A stretch of 64,000 bases of DNA from Eledone cirrhosa. Taxonomy: Eukaryota. The stretch covers positions 16,864,001 through 16,928,000 of the forward strand of contig OZ024753.1 in NCBI GenBank assembly GCA_964016885.1. The letters run 5' to 3'. This document shows, one piece after another, positions 24,870 through 37,350 of the stretch. The notes beneath the pieces are model-generated. The model was given only the letters and a program-made list of their open reading frames with translations, did no database searches and was not told where the DNA came from. The position numbers and the translations under genes are program-made. Positions within the stretch are counted from its first letter, which is position 1, and each line of letters begins with the position of its first letter.

Positions 24870-25900
24870 TTAAAACCACTTTTGGCACAAGGTCAGCAAT
24901 TTGTGGGGAGGGGAAAGTTGATTCTACAGAGCCTAGTACTTGTATTTATTTTATTGACCCCAGAAAATGAAAGGAAATGTTGGCCGTGAACATATTTGAA
25001 CATCACAGAATTTAATAATAATTGTTTCTATATTTGGCACAAGGCCAGCAATTACCCTAGTGCATTACTGGTACTTTATTGTACTGGGGTAATTGCTGGC
25101 CCTGTGCGAAAAATAGATACAATTATTATTAAATTCTGTTGACTGTGTTCAAATTCCTTCAAGCAGAATTTAATAATAATAATAATTGTTTCTACTTTAG
25201 GCACAAGGCCAGCAATTACCCAGTGCATTACTGGTACTTTATTTTATCGACCCCGTAAGGATGAAAGGCAAAGTCAACCTCGGCGGGATTTGAACTCAGA
25301 TCGTAAAGGGACGTAACTATGCTGGAAAGCATGGCGTCCGACCCTCTACCGATACTGCCAATCCACCGCCATTTAATAATAATAATAATAATAATAATTG
25401 TTTCTACTTTAAGCACAAGGCCTGCAGTATGAAGGATTAAATCGAACCCAGTGTATTACTGGTACTTTATTTTATCGACCCCATAAGGATGAAAGGCAAA
25501 GCTAACCTTGGTGGAATTTGAAATCAGAACATAAAGAGTCGTAACTCTATACTGCGAAGCAGGGTGTCTGACGCTCTACCGGTACTGCCAATCCACAGGA
25601 TAATAATAATAATTTAGGCACAAGGCTAGCAATTTCTTCAGGAATGGAAAGTTGATTTTATTGATTCCAGTATTTGAAAGTCACTTTATTAAATTAATAA
25701 TAATAATAATTGTTTCTACTTTTGGCACAAGGCCACCAATTACCTAGTACATTACTGGTACTTTATTTCATCGACCCTGTAAGGATGAAAGACAAAGTTA
25801 ACCTCGGCGGGATTTGAACTCAGAATGGCAAGGGCCGTAACTCTATGCATCAAAGCATGGCGTCCGACCCTCTACCGATACTGCCAATCCACCGCCATTA
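24870..25900 (-). mobile_element. Cluster of Meta-like SINEs (about 3 near-complete copies plus fragments) separated by (TAA)n
   Basis: Repeated ttggcacaaggccagcaatt...ggatgaaaggcaaagt...gggatttgaactcaga...gccaatccaccgcc. Confidence 0.85.
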
Positions 25901-26719
25901 AATTAATAATAATAATAATGATTTCTATATTAACCACAAAGGGTTTACATCAATAAAATCATTATGACATTACAGGACGAAAACTGTGTGTGTGTGTGTG
26001 TGCGTCTCTGTATGTGTGTGTGTGTGTGTTGCTGTGTGGGTTTTGCTTGTAAACAAATTTTAACAATGTTAGAAAAAAAGATAATGAAATTAAAAGAAAG
26101 AATGTTCCTCAACAAGGAGGACACGTTTGAGGGTCATTTGTGGAAAAAAACCCATAAAACCATGGATGCCCGGATCTCTAGGGAAAGTGCCCTGTCCCAG
26201 TTTTGTTTGAAGGCAGCACTTCTCTCTCTACCCTGATTTTCCTCCTCATGTGAAACCTAAAGAAGTTAATCAGGGCTTCCTCAAAGAGGAAACTGCTTGT
26301 CTTCAAACCTTCTAAGCATGTCCCCCATACAACCTCTTTCACCATGGCCACAAGACATAAAAAAGCAGCCTGGCCTTGACTAAAATAAGGCAGTGGGACA
26401 ATCGTCACAATTTAATAATAACAGTCCCTAATTTTTGGCAAAAAGGTCCACATTTTTTTGGGGGGGGGGGGGGGGTTAAATGGAATTGCAGTCCACTTTA
26501 GATTTATCAATAATAGTAATCTCATCAATATCAAGAGAATGATCTGTTGGGAGTTAATCCTGAAGAGACACCCCTCCTCTCAGACAACAGCACAGTTTCT
26601 TTCACACATTTATTTTTACTTATGGCACAACTTGCCATAAAATATCTACCAGCTTATTCATTAAATCTCTTTTATAGTTTATTTTCACGAAAATATCTGT
26701 CACGTTTATTAAAACATAT

Positions 26720-27222
26720 GATATAATGCATATATATATATATCTATATATATATATCATATATATGAATATATATATATATATATATCATAAATGTATA
26801 CATATGTGTGTATATATATATCATATATGTGTATATATATCATATATATGTATATATCATGATGATGATGATGATATTTGTATATATTATATATATATAT
26901 ATATGTATATTGCATATATATATATATATCCAGTATATATGTATATATGTATACATGTATGTGTGTGTATATATGTATATATGTTTATATATATATGTGT
27001 GTGTATATATATATATATATATAATATATGTATATATATGTATGTATATGTATATGAATATATATATATATATGTGTGTGTGTATAAATATATATATATA
27101 TATATATGTATGTGTATATATAAATATATATATATATGTGTGTGTGTATATATGTATGTGTGTGTGTATGTGTGTATATATATATATACACACACACACA
27201 GATATATATATGCAATATATAT
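26720..27222. repeat. (TA)/(TG) microsatellite
   Basis: Directly visible. Confidence 0.9.
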
Positions 27223-28094
27223 AATAGCTTAGTGGAGAAAACATGAAAGTATGAGCACATGATTTAAACAATCCTCTGCAGCAAATATATTTTTGTTGAG
27301 CATTTGGGCAGGAAATATTTAGACCTAATTGTCTGGGAAAGTTAACAGACATAGACTAGCTAGCCATCCAGGGGTGTGAAAATATTTCTTCTATTTCTCA
27401 TTTATTTGAATCTAATGAAACCCGAGCCAAGCACAAAACCCTCACAGTCCACTGAGGGAGCTTTTCAGACACATTTTCATTTGTTTTATTTTAATGTTTG
27501 ATTTTTAAAAATTTTAATTTATTTATTACTAAACTACAATGAAACCAAAGTGCCACATATTTGTTTAAACCTTTTTTTTTTTTTTTTTACTAATTTCTGT
27601 AAAATATCAGAAGATTCAATTTCTTATCTTCACTGTGAAATAAATTAGAGGTATCACTACCCCAGTAAAAATACCACAAAAAAGTCTCATTTGTTCTTTT
27701 GATTTGGATCAATGCCATGTATTTATTTTTAACCATTACAAATAAAAGATATCACCTGTATCTGAGAAAATAATATCACTGATGTATGATGAAAGAACTC
27801 TGGTGTATGATGAAAGACCTCTGAGAAACTATATTTATATTTATATTTCTAACTTTTGGTCAATCAATGATAAACATTGATTGTCAGCTAAATTAATTAT
27901 AGAAGTATAAAATATACTGAAGTGAAAAACCAACCCCAACCAAACAGTGAGTATGTTTTATTATATATTTCTGGCAATATAACAATATGGCCCTCCACAA
28001 CAATATTACCTGTGAGTTTCAAATAATTTTGAAAATGTTTAGAATTTGAAGTTAAGCTGGTATTTATAGCTCCACATGTTATTTTGATGAAAGG

Positions 28095-28450
28095 CTTTTG
28101 TAGTAACATTACTTGGGAGAGTGCAGAGCTTGGAGATCAGAGTGTCCTTCCAGGTGGAGCCACTAGTTCTTTAGATTGAGAGAGCACAGCTCCGATATTA
28201 CAGGTATGTGATTAGAATGTCCCTGCAAAGTATCGCTGGACAGATTTTATGGGCAAAACCAACCGGCAGGAGACCCAAGGGTAGACCCTGAGCAAGATGG
28301 TTAGATAACATCCATGAGCTTGGCTGGTCTTGCTTGGTGATCCAGCCGGATCAGTTAGAGATGGTTGCTTCTGACAGGATCTGGTGGAACGGGTGATTGA
28401 GGACTCTGCCCCCCAAAACCTCCCAGAAATAAGTGGGCAAAGAAGAAGCG
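28095..28450 (+). mobile_element. Degenerate RTE LINE 3' fragment
   Basis: Translates as ERAQLRYYRYVIRM...PTGRRPKGRP*ARWLDNI...; (GAA)n tail; homologous piece at ~39340-39460. Confidence 0.7.
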
Positions 28451-28679
28451 AAGGTATTTAGATTAATATAAACGTTTGTATTCTAGAACCAGGGACAGTT
28501 TGGTGTGGAAAGAGGTTAAAACTATGATTGGCAACATAGAATGACTGCCTCCAACTGTATTTTTGTGTACATAAATTATCAAAAACCAAATAATTACTGT
28601 CTTACTGCATCAGAGAAAGAAACAAAAAGAAAAGAAAACAACCAGCAGGAAAAAAGACAGAAGACATGCATATTTATTT

Positions 28680-28853
28680 ACACTCCACACCATGGTGGGA
28701 GAGGTGCTGTGGTTCCACTCTATTTAAACTCCACACAGTGGTGGGAGTGCTGTGGTTCCACTCTATTTAAACTCCACACAGTGGTGGGAGAGGTGCTGTG
28801 GTTCCACTCTATTTAAACTCCACACAGTGGTGGGAGTGCTATGGTTCCACTTT
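28680..28853. repeat. 43-46-bp tandem repeat, 4 copies
   Basis: actccacacagtggtggga(gag)gtgctgtggttccactctattta repeated. Confidence 0.85.
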
Positions 28854-29261
28854 ATAATGTTTAAGGCAAACATAGAGTATTGCTATGAGTGATAGTGAGG
28901 CTAAGACAGAATAGCCAAGCATCACCTGATATGTCTGTGAGGTGAGATGTTAACAGTGACAAGAGGTGAGATGTTAACAGCTTGAACTCCATAGGCTTAT
29001 GACCATATGGTACTCTCATAATCCCTGTTACCACATAGAGCTACAAAGGTTGTAGTTTTAAGACATGGAGTGGAAATATACTACACTGTTTTGAGATGTG
29101 ATACCAGTGGAGGTCTGTAGTGGGAGGGATGCTGCAAGACAGACTTCACTTCCTAAAAACAATGATGTAGTAAAAGACATGCTGGAATTAATATTACAAT
29201 TATTCAAGCTATCCTGGCTTGGCAGCTGCAATGATTTAGCAACATCATTTACTACCCAATC

Positions 29262-29365
29262 CTGCTGAGGTTAACTTTACCTTTCATCCTTACGGGGTTG
29301 ATAAAATAAAGTACCAGTAATGCACTGAGGTAATTGCTGGCCTTGTGCCAAAAGTAGAAACAATT
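29262..29365 (+). mobile_element. Meta-like SINE 3' part
   Basis: cctttcatccttacggggttgataaaataaagtaccag...gccttgtgccaaaagtagaaacaatta. Confidence 0.75.
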
Positions 29366-29525
29366 ACCGTATTTCCCGGCTTCAAAGACGCTACTATATG
29401 TCTCAAAAATCTACCATGCATCCTGGAGGCCGAAGGTTGTTTATTATTTTTTTTCAAATCTTTGGTTATCAAAATTAGGTTTGGTCCTTGAGGACGAAAT
29501 GTCTTCAGCATCGGGAAATACAGTA
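29365..29525. mobile_element. Tc1/mariner-pogo-type MITE (~160 bp)
   Basis: TIRs ta|ccgtatttcccg ... cgggaaatacag|ta with TA flanks. Confidence 0.65.
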
Positions 29526-29990
29526 TTTGCTACCCAGACCTTGCTGGCCCCAATGATTTAGAGATATTATTTACTACCTGGAAACTATTGAATTTTCAAG
29601 AGAGATATCCATGGACCAAGTAAAATAAACAAGGAGAGAAGATATGCAATGTCCAGTTAGATAGCTGCTGAAGGCAACAAACCATATTTCTTGTTAGTTC
29701 TTGGTCTTTGGTCTCCTGTCATATCAACATTTCTATACACATTGGCCTCATGCTGTGGCCTTATCAATGACGTCATCCACAACTCCACTGAACCTTCTCC
29801 GATACTGTCCAGGTGACCTTGACTTGATTCAGCTTTCAAACTGGGGGTATTCCCTCAGTCCAACTCATGTGGGGAACGATTCAGTATAATAAAGTAATGG
29901 ACATTATTGAGGACTTCACCAACCAGGCCAAAATATTTTGGATACACCAACAAATGTAAGATCTTTCTAATTTAATATGTTAACGTTAAC

Positions 29991-30157
29991 TTAACCTTTT
30001 AAAACGATTGTATCTAGCCATAATTCTCTCACCTCTTTCTGCTCAAATCGGCTGTAACTGGTCACTCATACTGATGTTAATGTATTGTTCTCAAAATACA
30101 TAATATCAAAATCTCATAGATTCGATATTATGTAAGATAAAGCTTTTACCATGAAAG
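29991..30157 (-). mobile_element. Partial copy of the TTAA-flanked MITE seen at 54992-55375
   Basis: Diverged reverse complement of 55205-55375. Confidence 0.7.
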
Positions 30158-30159
30158 TA

Positions 30160-30300
30160 TTGTTTCTACTTTAGGCAATTATCCCAGTGCATTACTGGTA
30201 CTTTATTTTATCGACCCCGTAAGGATGAAAGGCAAAGTTAATCTCGGCGGGATTTGAACTCAGAAAGCAAAGGGCCATAACACTATGCTGCAAATCCACC
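30160..30300 (-). mobile_element. Meta-like SINE
   Basis: Same motifs as the 25-kb cluster. Confidence 0.8.
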
Positions 30301-30538
30301 AATTTTAAATAGTTTCCTTCCACCCTTCTCCTATATTAGAAATGTGACAATAAAGCAATTAAAATAACTATCAGCTGAGCCTTTTGTAGCAGAATCAATA
30401 TGAAGCCTGGCTGACTCATCTCGAAGCCATTAAACTTTTCAGCTCTCTATATATCAATTTCTAATCTATATACAATAATATTTATATTATTGACCGCGAA
30501 ATTATATTTAGAAATAAATAAATAAATAAAAAATACAA

Positions 30539-30846
30539 ATTCATGGGGAGTAACTCTTGCAGTTTAACATGACACCGTTTTCTTCACGTTTCAGATTTCA
30601 TTTTTAGTATTTAACATAGATCATGCAGTATTATATTTGAATAAGGGAAAACAATTTATACTTAAAATGGCAAAATAATCTTCTTTCTAAACTAATCAAC
30701 AAGGCAACAAACCGGATCAAATATCGCAAAGCCCATTGTCCGACAATAAACGATTTATGTGAATCAAATATATCAAGATAATTCTAATGGAGGGCTCAGT
30801 TATTTCCCTTAGATTTTAAAGACTTTATGAGTTATTCCCCGTGAAT
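30539..30846. mobile_element. MITE-like element with 18-bp imperfect inverted repeats
   Basis: attcatggggagtaactc ... gagttattccccgtgaat. Confidence 0.45.
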
Positions 30847-31221
30847 GAATGTTTAAAATATTTCACGATCAGTAGAATAAATATCAATTATAATTATCTA
30901 CTAATTAGAAATCAATATAGATGGGAGATTAGAAGAATCAATCGTTGTGGACAGAATCAACTGACTTTTGTTGTAACAACTGTTACAAGATGTTCGATTT
31001 CGTCGTCTTTTTCTAAGCAAAAACTTGTTTACCCTCAGAATCGGTAGAGTGTCGGATACCATACTTTGCAGCATAGATATATATGTATGTGTACGTATGT
31101 ATGAATATATGGATATGTATATGTGTATGTATGTATATATGTATGTGTATATATATATATATGTGTGTATGTATGCATATGTGTATGCATGTATATATGT
31201 GTATATATATATATATGTATA

Positions 31222-32075
31222 TATCTATCTATCTAGGGCGGGTAAAATTCCCGAGATCCATGGACGAGTTCTCTCCAGCGGTCTCTGTCCCTCATCATCG
31301 CTGCCATGTCCTGCGTCTCCAACAGACCAGTGTCTGTCCTTAGGGCATCAACATACGTTAACCTTGGTCTTCCCCTTCTAGTGTGTCCATGCAGGGGCTC
31401 CCACAGAAGCACTGAGTGCAGTGTCAACTCTGGATGTCGGTGAGCATGTCCAGCTAACCTCAGTCTCCTCTGTGTCACTTTTGAGCTGACTTTTGGGATG
31501 CTCCCGTACAGCTCTGAGTTCTTCATCCTCAGTGTATACTGATTAATGTTCAGAGCCATCCTCAGCATTCTCGTGTAGCACCCATCCACCATCTGAGTGA
31601 GTTTCTTGGTCAGTGTCCAAGTCTCAGACCCATACAGCAGCACAGACTCCACTACATCAATGAAGAGGCATATCTTCGGGTTTTTACGAAGGTTCGACTT
31701 CCACACCGATCTCAAGCTGAGGCACGCCGCCCAGGCTTTGTTCTTCCTCTCGACCACACCACCTTCCGTATTCCCAATCTTTGCTCTCAAATACAGGAAG
31801 TCCTCAACCAATTCTAGCGGCTTCCCGCCTACATTAGTAATCTTCTCTGGCTTCTTAATATTCTCTACCAGATACTTCGTTTTAATCTCATTCATTCTCA
31901 GCCCCACACCCATCGACACAGTCTCCACCTCTTGCATCAACTCCTCTGCTTCCTTCACTGTGTTTGTCATCAGAACTATTTCATCGGCAAATTCAGCATC
32001 CGATATCTTTTTCGCTTTAACATGAGCCGGCGTTACAGTAAAGCCAGAGTCCTGGTGTTTCTCCAGCAAAAGGCG
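31222..32075 (-). mobile_element. 5'-truncated RTE-type LINE with open C-terminal frame and (TAGA)n tail
   Basis: EFADEIVL, GLRMNEIKTK, VEDFLYL, VESVLLYGSETWTL, RRLRLAGH, RRGRP. Confidence 0.9.
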
Positions 32076-32980
32076 CATACATATGTGTGTGTATATATAT
32101 ATATATGTATATATATATATACAAATAAACTGTAAAACTAGAAATGTAGTCTATAGCATAAGATGTACAGAGGGTACTTGCAGAAACATGAGAACGACAT
32201 ACATAGCTGAGACAGCTCGAAGCATAGGAGAAAGGATAGACCAACACTAGGGGGAAATAAAAGGACAAAAAAAAACAAAAAAAAAACGGTTCAGTACTAT
32301 ACGAACACGCAAGACAACAACATGACGGTAACATAGACAACATAGAAATTATAATAATATCTAAACATAGAAATGACTCAACAGGTAGGCAAATCAGAGA
32401 GGCAAGCGAAATAGAGTTTAGAAGACCAGACCTAAACAGAAAAAATGAATGGAATAACAACAACCAAACAAACAATACTGACTTAAGGGAAATATAAATA
32501 AATAAATATATACACAAGTACAATAACAACAAACACATATAAACACACACGAGTAAACAAAGATAGAATACGAAAACCAAAACAGACACACTAAAACGCG
32601 AACACACACACCAAACATTATACGCAAACGCATGCGCAGAGACAAGAAGACATAAATAAATAAATAAAATAAAATAAAAATGGCGTGGACATTACAATAC
32701 AATAGGAGGTAACATAATAATAGCACAACTGGTGATGTTGTAGATGTGCAACGAAAGAACTTTGATAGACTATATATATATATATATCTGTATTTTTAAC
32801 CGCTGGTCAGTAAATGGAAAACATTGAGGACCAAATGAATTAACTACGGAGATATAAAAGATACAGAAGCGAAAACCAACCAAACAGTGAGTGTGTTCTG
32901 TTATTAGTTCTGGTAATATTATAACAATATGACCCTCCCCAAGTATAAATAAGTATATATATATATATATAATAGTGTGT

Positions 32981-33212
32981 AATTATTAGAAATGTAAGTT
33001 ATCGCCGTATTTTGACTAAAGAAATTAAAGAAATTATTTAGCCTGATAGTGGGGTTAAGAACCGTCGGAGAAATGGAAAAAGATGAGTATTGACGTACGT
33101 CAATACTCATCTTTTTCCATTTCTCCGACGGTTCTTAACCCCACTATCAGGCTAAATAATTTCTTTAATTTCTTTAGTCAAAATACGGCAATAACTTACA
33201 TTTCTAATAATT
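32981..33212. repeat. 232-bp near-perfect spacer-less palindrome
   Basis: Centre tgacgt|acgtca at 33096/33097; identical ORF starts on both strands in the ORF track. Confidence 0.95.
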
Positions 33213-33550
33213 TCAAACCACTCGCTGTTTCGAAAATATTCTTACATAATAGTGTGTATATTTGCGAGTGTGTGGGAGTAAGGGCTTTATATATATATAT
33301 GTGTGTGTGTGTGTGTGAATGTGCTTGTAGACACCTGACCATAGCCATTAAGTGAACCTTAAAAATCAGGAGGGCCACCCCAAGTTTGAACTTGTCTATA
33401 GAATTCTTTCTGCCTTTGTTACTCTAAATATAGCTTTTAAAGAATTTCCTTTTCTTTAAACCCATCAACCAATGATCTCCACCCATCCCAATTACCACCC
33501 TCTCCTACCACCAGAAAAGATATAAATACCACCATATTACTTGGACAGTC

Positions 33551-33600
33551 AGCTTCCTGATGATATCTCACGAATGAAACAGTTCTAGTCCCGTAGAAGC
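33551..33600 (+). ncRNA. Degenerate type I hammerhead motif in the unrearranged family C element
   Basis: AGCTTC-CTGATGA-tatctcacgaat-GAAA-CAG...CCG-TA-GAAGC; stems II and III contain mismatches. Confidence 0.65.
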
Positions 33601-33683
33601 CTTTTCTATATTAAATATTTATACTCTGCTTTGTATTGAGTACCTTACTTACTGTGGTTACCCCCGATTGAATCCGGGATAAA

Positions 33684-33737
<54 letters not shown>

Positions 33738-34186
33738 TATATACACACACACACACATTCGTACATATATACATTTACATGCATATAAACACACACACAT
33801 TCGTACATATATGCATTTACGTGCATATAAGTACACACACTCACAAACACACACAAACACACATATATATATACACACGTATATATATATGTTTATGTGT
33901 GTGTTTGTATTATACATAGTTATCTGAAACTAGGATTAAGAAGGTGACATCGAGTTTCTGTTGGCAGTGAAACCACTTGAAATTGGGCAAAACTCCCATA
34001 ATGTCAGCACTTAGAGCGAATCTGTAGTTTAGGTAGCTGATCAAATATTTATACTGGCACATAGCGTCACAGACCGGGTAAATATGGCACTTGCTGATAA
34101 ACAAAGCTACCTATTATTTTGATTTTGTTTTAGTGTAGTTTCTTTATCGTGGAGGGTATGAATTGATATATAACTATATATATATA

Positions 34187-34383
34187 GGAAAAAGTATGAC
34201 CCCGACGGAAGAGCTCAAGCCGTTTCGGCGGCTATTTCTGGACTATGCAGAAATAGCCGTCGAAACGGCTTGAGCTCTGCCGTCGGGGTCATACTTTTTC
34301 CTATTTCCCACTCTACTACCCTAAGTATTGAGTACTCTGGTGCGTTATGGTCCATCTGGTTCCTTACCACAATTCCTTTGTTT
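34187..34383 (+). mobile_element. Fold-back mini-element, family A copy 3
   Basis: Palindrome at 34187-34300 plus the same tail as 2213-2294. Confidence 0.8.
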
Positions 34384-34400
34384 ATATATATCTATATATA

Positions 34401-34630
34401 TCATCATCCTCATCATCACCGTTTTACGTCCGTTCTTCCATGCTAGCATGGGTTAGACGGGTTGTCCTGTTGTAGGCAGTGTCTGGTCGGCTGACCATGC
34501 CTTGCTCATACAGGAACTGATTTTGGCTTGATTTCAACAGCTGGATGCCCTTCCTAACACCAACCTCATTTACAGTGAGTGCTGGGTACTTTTTCCGTGG
34601 CGCCTGCACGTCCACTTTACAGTGTGGGCT
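34401..34630 (-). mobile_element. RTE-type 3' UTR / SINE tail
   Basis: (CAT)n then ...ctggatgcccttcctaacaccaacc. Confidence 0.7.
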
Positions 34631-34696
34631 GGGTGCTTTTTTATATATATTTATTAAAATAAATATATATATATTTATTAAAGTTATATATATATT

Positions 34697-34878
34697 ATTA
34701 AAGTTTAAGCAAAGAATCGCTGCTTTCACCCGTTAAGGGTGAAAACAGCGATTCTTTGCTTAAACTTTAATCTGTTATTTTAATAAATATTTACTCTACG
34801 GTTCTTATATATTTGATATATATTTATCCTTATCGAGCTCTCTTTGGATTTTAGTCTTCAAATTTATTATTATTACTA
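34697..34878 (+). mobile_element. Fold-back mini-element, family B copy 3
   Basis: Palindrome at 34697-34771 centred on caccc-gttaa-gggtg; tail is the reverse complement of 10784-10880. Confidence 0.8.
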
Positions 34879-35477
34879 TAATATATATTTTTAACGCTAA
34901 ATTAATAATAACAATATACCGTATTTGCCGGTCTATTGGACGCGTCTTCGTATAAGATACTCCTTTTTTTATTACATTTTATTTATATGTTGGCGTTTAG
35001 AGGCAACACTCTAGGAGCGTAACACCCGCAAATCCTCCGATATTCGCGGGTGTTTCGCTCCTAGGGCACCAGCGAAGAATGAAAAACCGCGAATATTGAA
35101 CGTGGTCTATAACAATGCCAATACGGTATATAGTTATTACTAATTTAGCGTTAAAAATATATATATTGAAACGAAAAAAGCCATTAAAAAATTGCGTAAG
35201 ATTTCCACGATTCCGCGAATATGCGGTGGTTTTCACGAACGATTATTAGTTAGGTTCTAAGGGAAATTCTGCGAATAACCGGGACCACAAATGTTGGGGC
35301 CGCGAATTCTTACTCTCGGCTGAAATGTTCCCTATGTTGACCAAGAGACTCTCATGGGATGACTAAATAAGGTTTATTTTTCAACATAGTCCCTGGAAAG
35401 AAACAATGCAGTTATTATTAACAAGAGTTGAAATTAATGCATGCCAGCTTTCACAACTCTAGCATCACTCCTTCATA

Positions 35478-35517
<40 letters not shown>

Positions 35518-35524
35518 ACCCCAA

Positions 35525-36088
35525 CTAATTGTTTCTATTCTGTGAACGAGGCCAGCAATTTGAAGGGAAGGGAAAAAGAGCCGATTAAATCGACCCAAGT
35601 GTATTACTGGTACTTTATCTAATCGATCCCGTATTGATGAAAGGCAAAACTAACCTCGACGGGATTTGAACTGAGAATGTAAAGGGTCGTAAGTAAATGC
35701 TGCAAATAATAATTGTTTCTACTTTTGGCACAAGGCCAGCAATGACCCAGTACATTACTGCTACTTTATTTTATCGACCCTCGTAAGGACGAAAGACAAA
35801 GTTAACTTCGGCGGGATTTGAACTCAGAATGGCAAGGGCCGTAACTCTATGCGTCAAAGCATGGCGTCCGACCCTCTACCGATACTGCCAATCTACCATA
35901 ATAATTGTTTCTACTTTTGGCACAAGGCCAGCAATTATCCAGTGTATTACTGGTACTTTATTTTATCGACCTCGTAAGGATGAAAGGCAAAGTCAACCTC
36001 GGCGGGATTTGAACTCAGATCGTAAAGGGACCTAACTATGCTGGAAAGCATGGCGTCCGACCCTCTACCGATACTGCCAATCCACCGT
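35525..36088 (-). mobile_element. Three tandem Meta-like SINEs
   Basis: Three successive head-to-tail copies of the same SINE. Confidence 0.85.
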
Positions 36089-36153
36089 TGAAGCAGAGGG
36101 ACATTTTGTGGGGTGGGGGAGGAAAGTAGGGAAAAGTCAACTCTAGTATCTGA

Positions 36154-36992
36154 CTGTCCTAACCTCTCAAGACACGAGGTCACCCTCTCTGTTCTGTCCG
36201 AACCGCTAAAGACACGAGGTCACCCTCTCTGTCCTAACCTCTCAAGACACGAGGTCAACCTCTCTGCCCGAACCTCTCAAGACACGAGGTCACCCTCTCT
36301 GCCCGAACCTCTCAAGACACGAGGTCACACTCTCTGTCCGAACCGCTAAAGACACGAGGTCACCGTCTCTGTCCGAACCTCTAAAGACACGAGGTCACCC
36401 TCTCTGTCCGAACCTCTCAAGACACGAGGTCACCGTCTCTGTCCGAACCTTTAAAGACACGAGGTCACCCTCTCTGTCCGAACCTCTCAAGACACGAGGT
36501 CACCCTCTTTGTCCGAACCTTTAAAGACACGAGGTCACCCTCTCTGTCTGAACCTCTCAAGACACGAGGTCACCCTCTCTGTCCGAACCTCTCAAGACAC
36601 GAGGTCACCGTCTCTGTCCGAACCTTTAAAGACACGAGATCACACTCTCTGTCCGAACCTCTCAAGACACGAGGTCACCGTCTCTGTCCGAACCTTTAAA
36701 TACACGAGGTCACCCTCTCTGTCCGAACCTCTCAAGACACGAGGTCACACTCTCTGTCCGAACCTCTCAAGACACGAGGTCACCCTCTCTGTCCGAACCT
36801 CTCATGACACGAGGTCACCGTCTCTGTCCGAACCTCTCATGACACGAGGTCACCGTCTCTGTCCGAACCTTTAAAGACACGAGGTCACCCTCTCTGTCCG
36901 AACCTCTCAAGACACGAGGTCACACTCTCTGTCTGAACCTCTCAAGACACGAGGTCACACTCTCTGTCCGAACCTCTAATGACACGAGGTCA
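36154..36992. repeat. 35-bp minisatellite, ~24 copies
   Basis: Unit gtccgaacctctcaagacacgaggtcaccctctct. Confidence 0.95.
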
Positions 36993-37094
36993 GGTATGTT
37001 TTAGTATCTGCCGCAATCGTTACTGGTGGTTCACGACTCTTTAGTCTACTGTAATACAACATGTTGGACCCACGTCGGTGGCGAGGAGGAATGT

Positions 37095-37350
37095 TCCAGT
37101 CAATCAATAGAACAGCTTGCTCGTGAAAATAACGTTCAAGGGGCTTAACATTCCACAGACACGTGCACCCTTAATATAATAATTCTCAAAGATATTCAGC
37201 GTGAAACAAGGCATGACAAGGCTTGCCCTTTTGAATTACGGGTACAACTCATTTTGTTAGCTGAGGTGATTGGAGCAACATGAAATAAAGTGTCTTGCTC
37301 AAGGACATAATGTTTCACCATATGAGGGAATCGAACACGTAACCTTAGGA
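37095..37350 (-). mobile_element. CORE-like SINE with a different 3' tail
   Basis: tgaaataaagtgtcttgctcaagga...ggaatcgaac; tail similar to ~39055-39200. Confidence 0.65.

Noticed and set aside
26070-26410. Higher-complexity stretch that might be coding (also 29640-29950)
   Set aside because: Only short ORFs with no recognisable motif; probably old transposon debris, and not callable.
36154-36992. 35-bp repeat of CRISPR-like length
   Set aside because: Units are contiguous with no unique spacers, there are no cas genes, and the context is eukaryotic.
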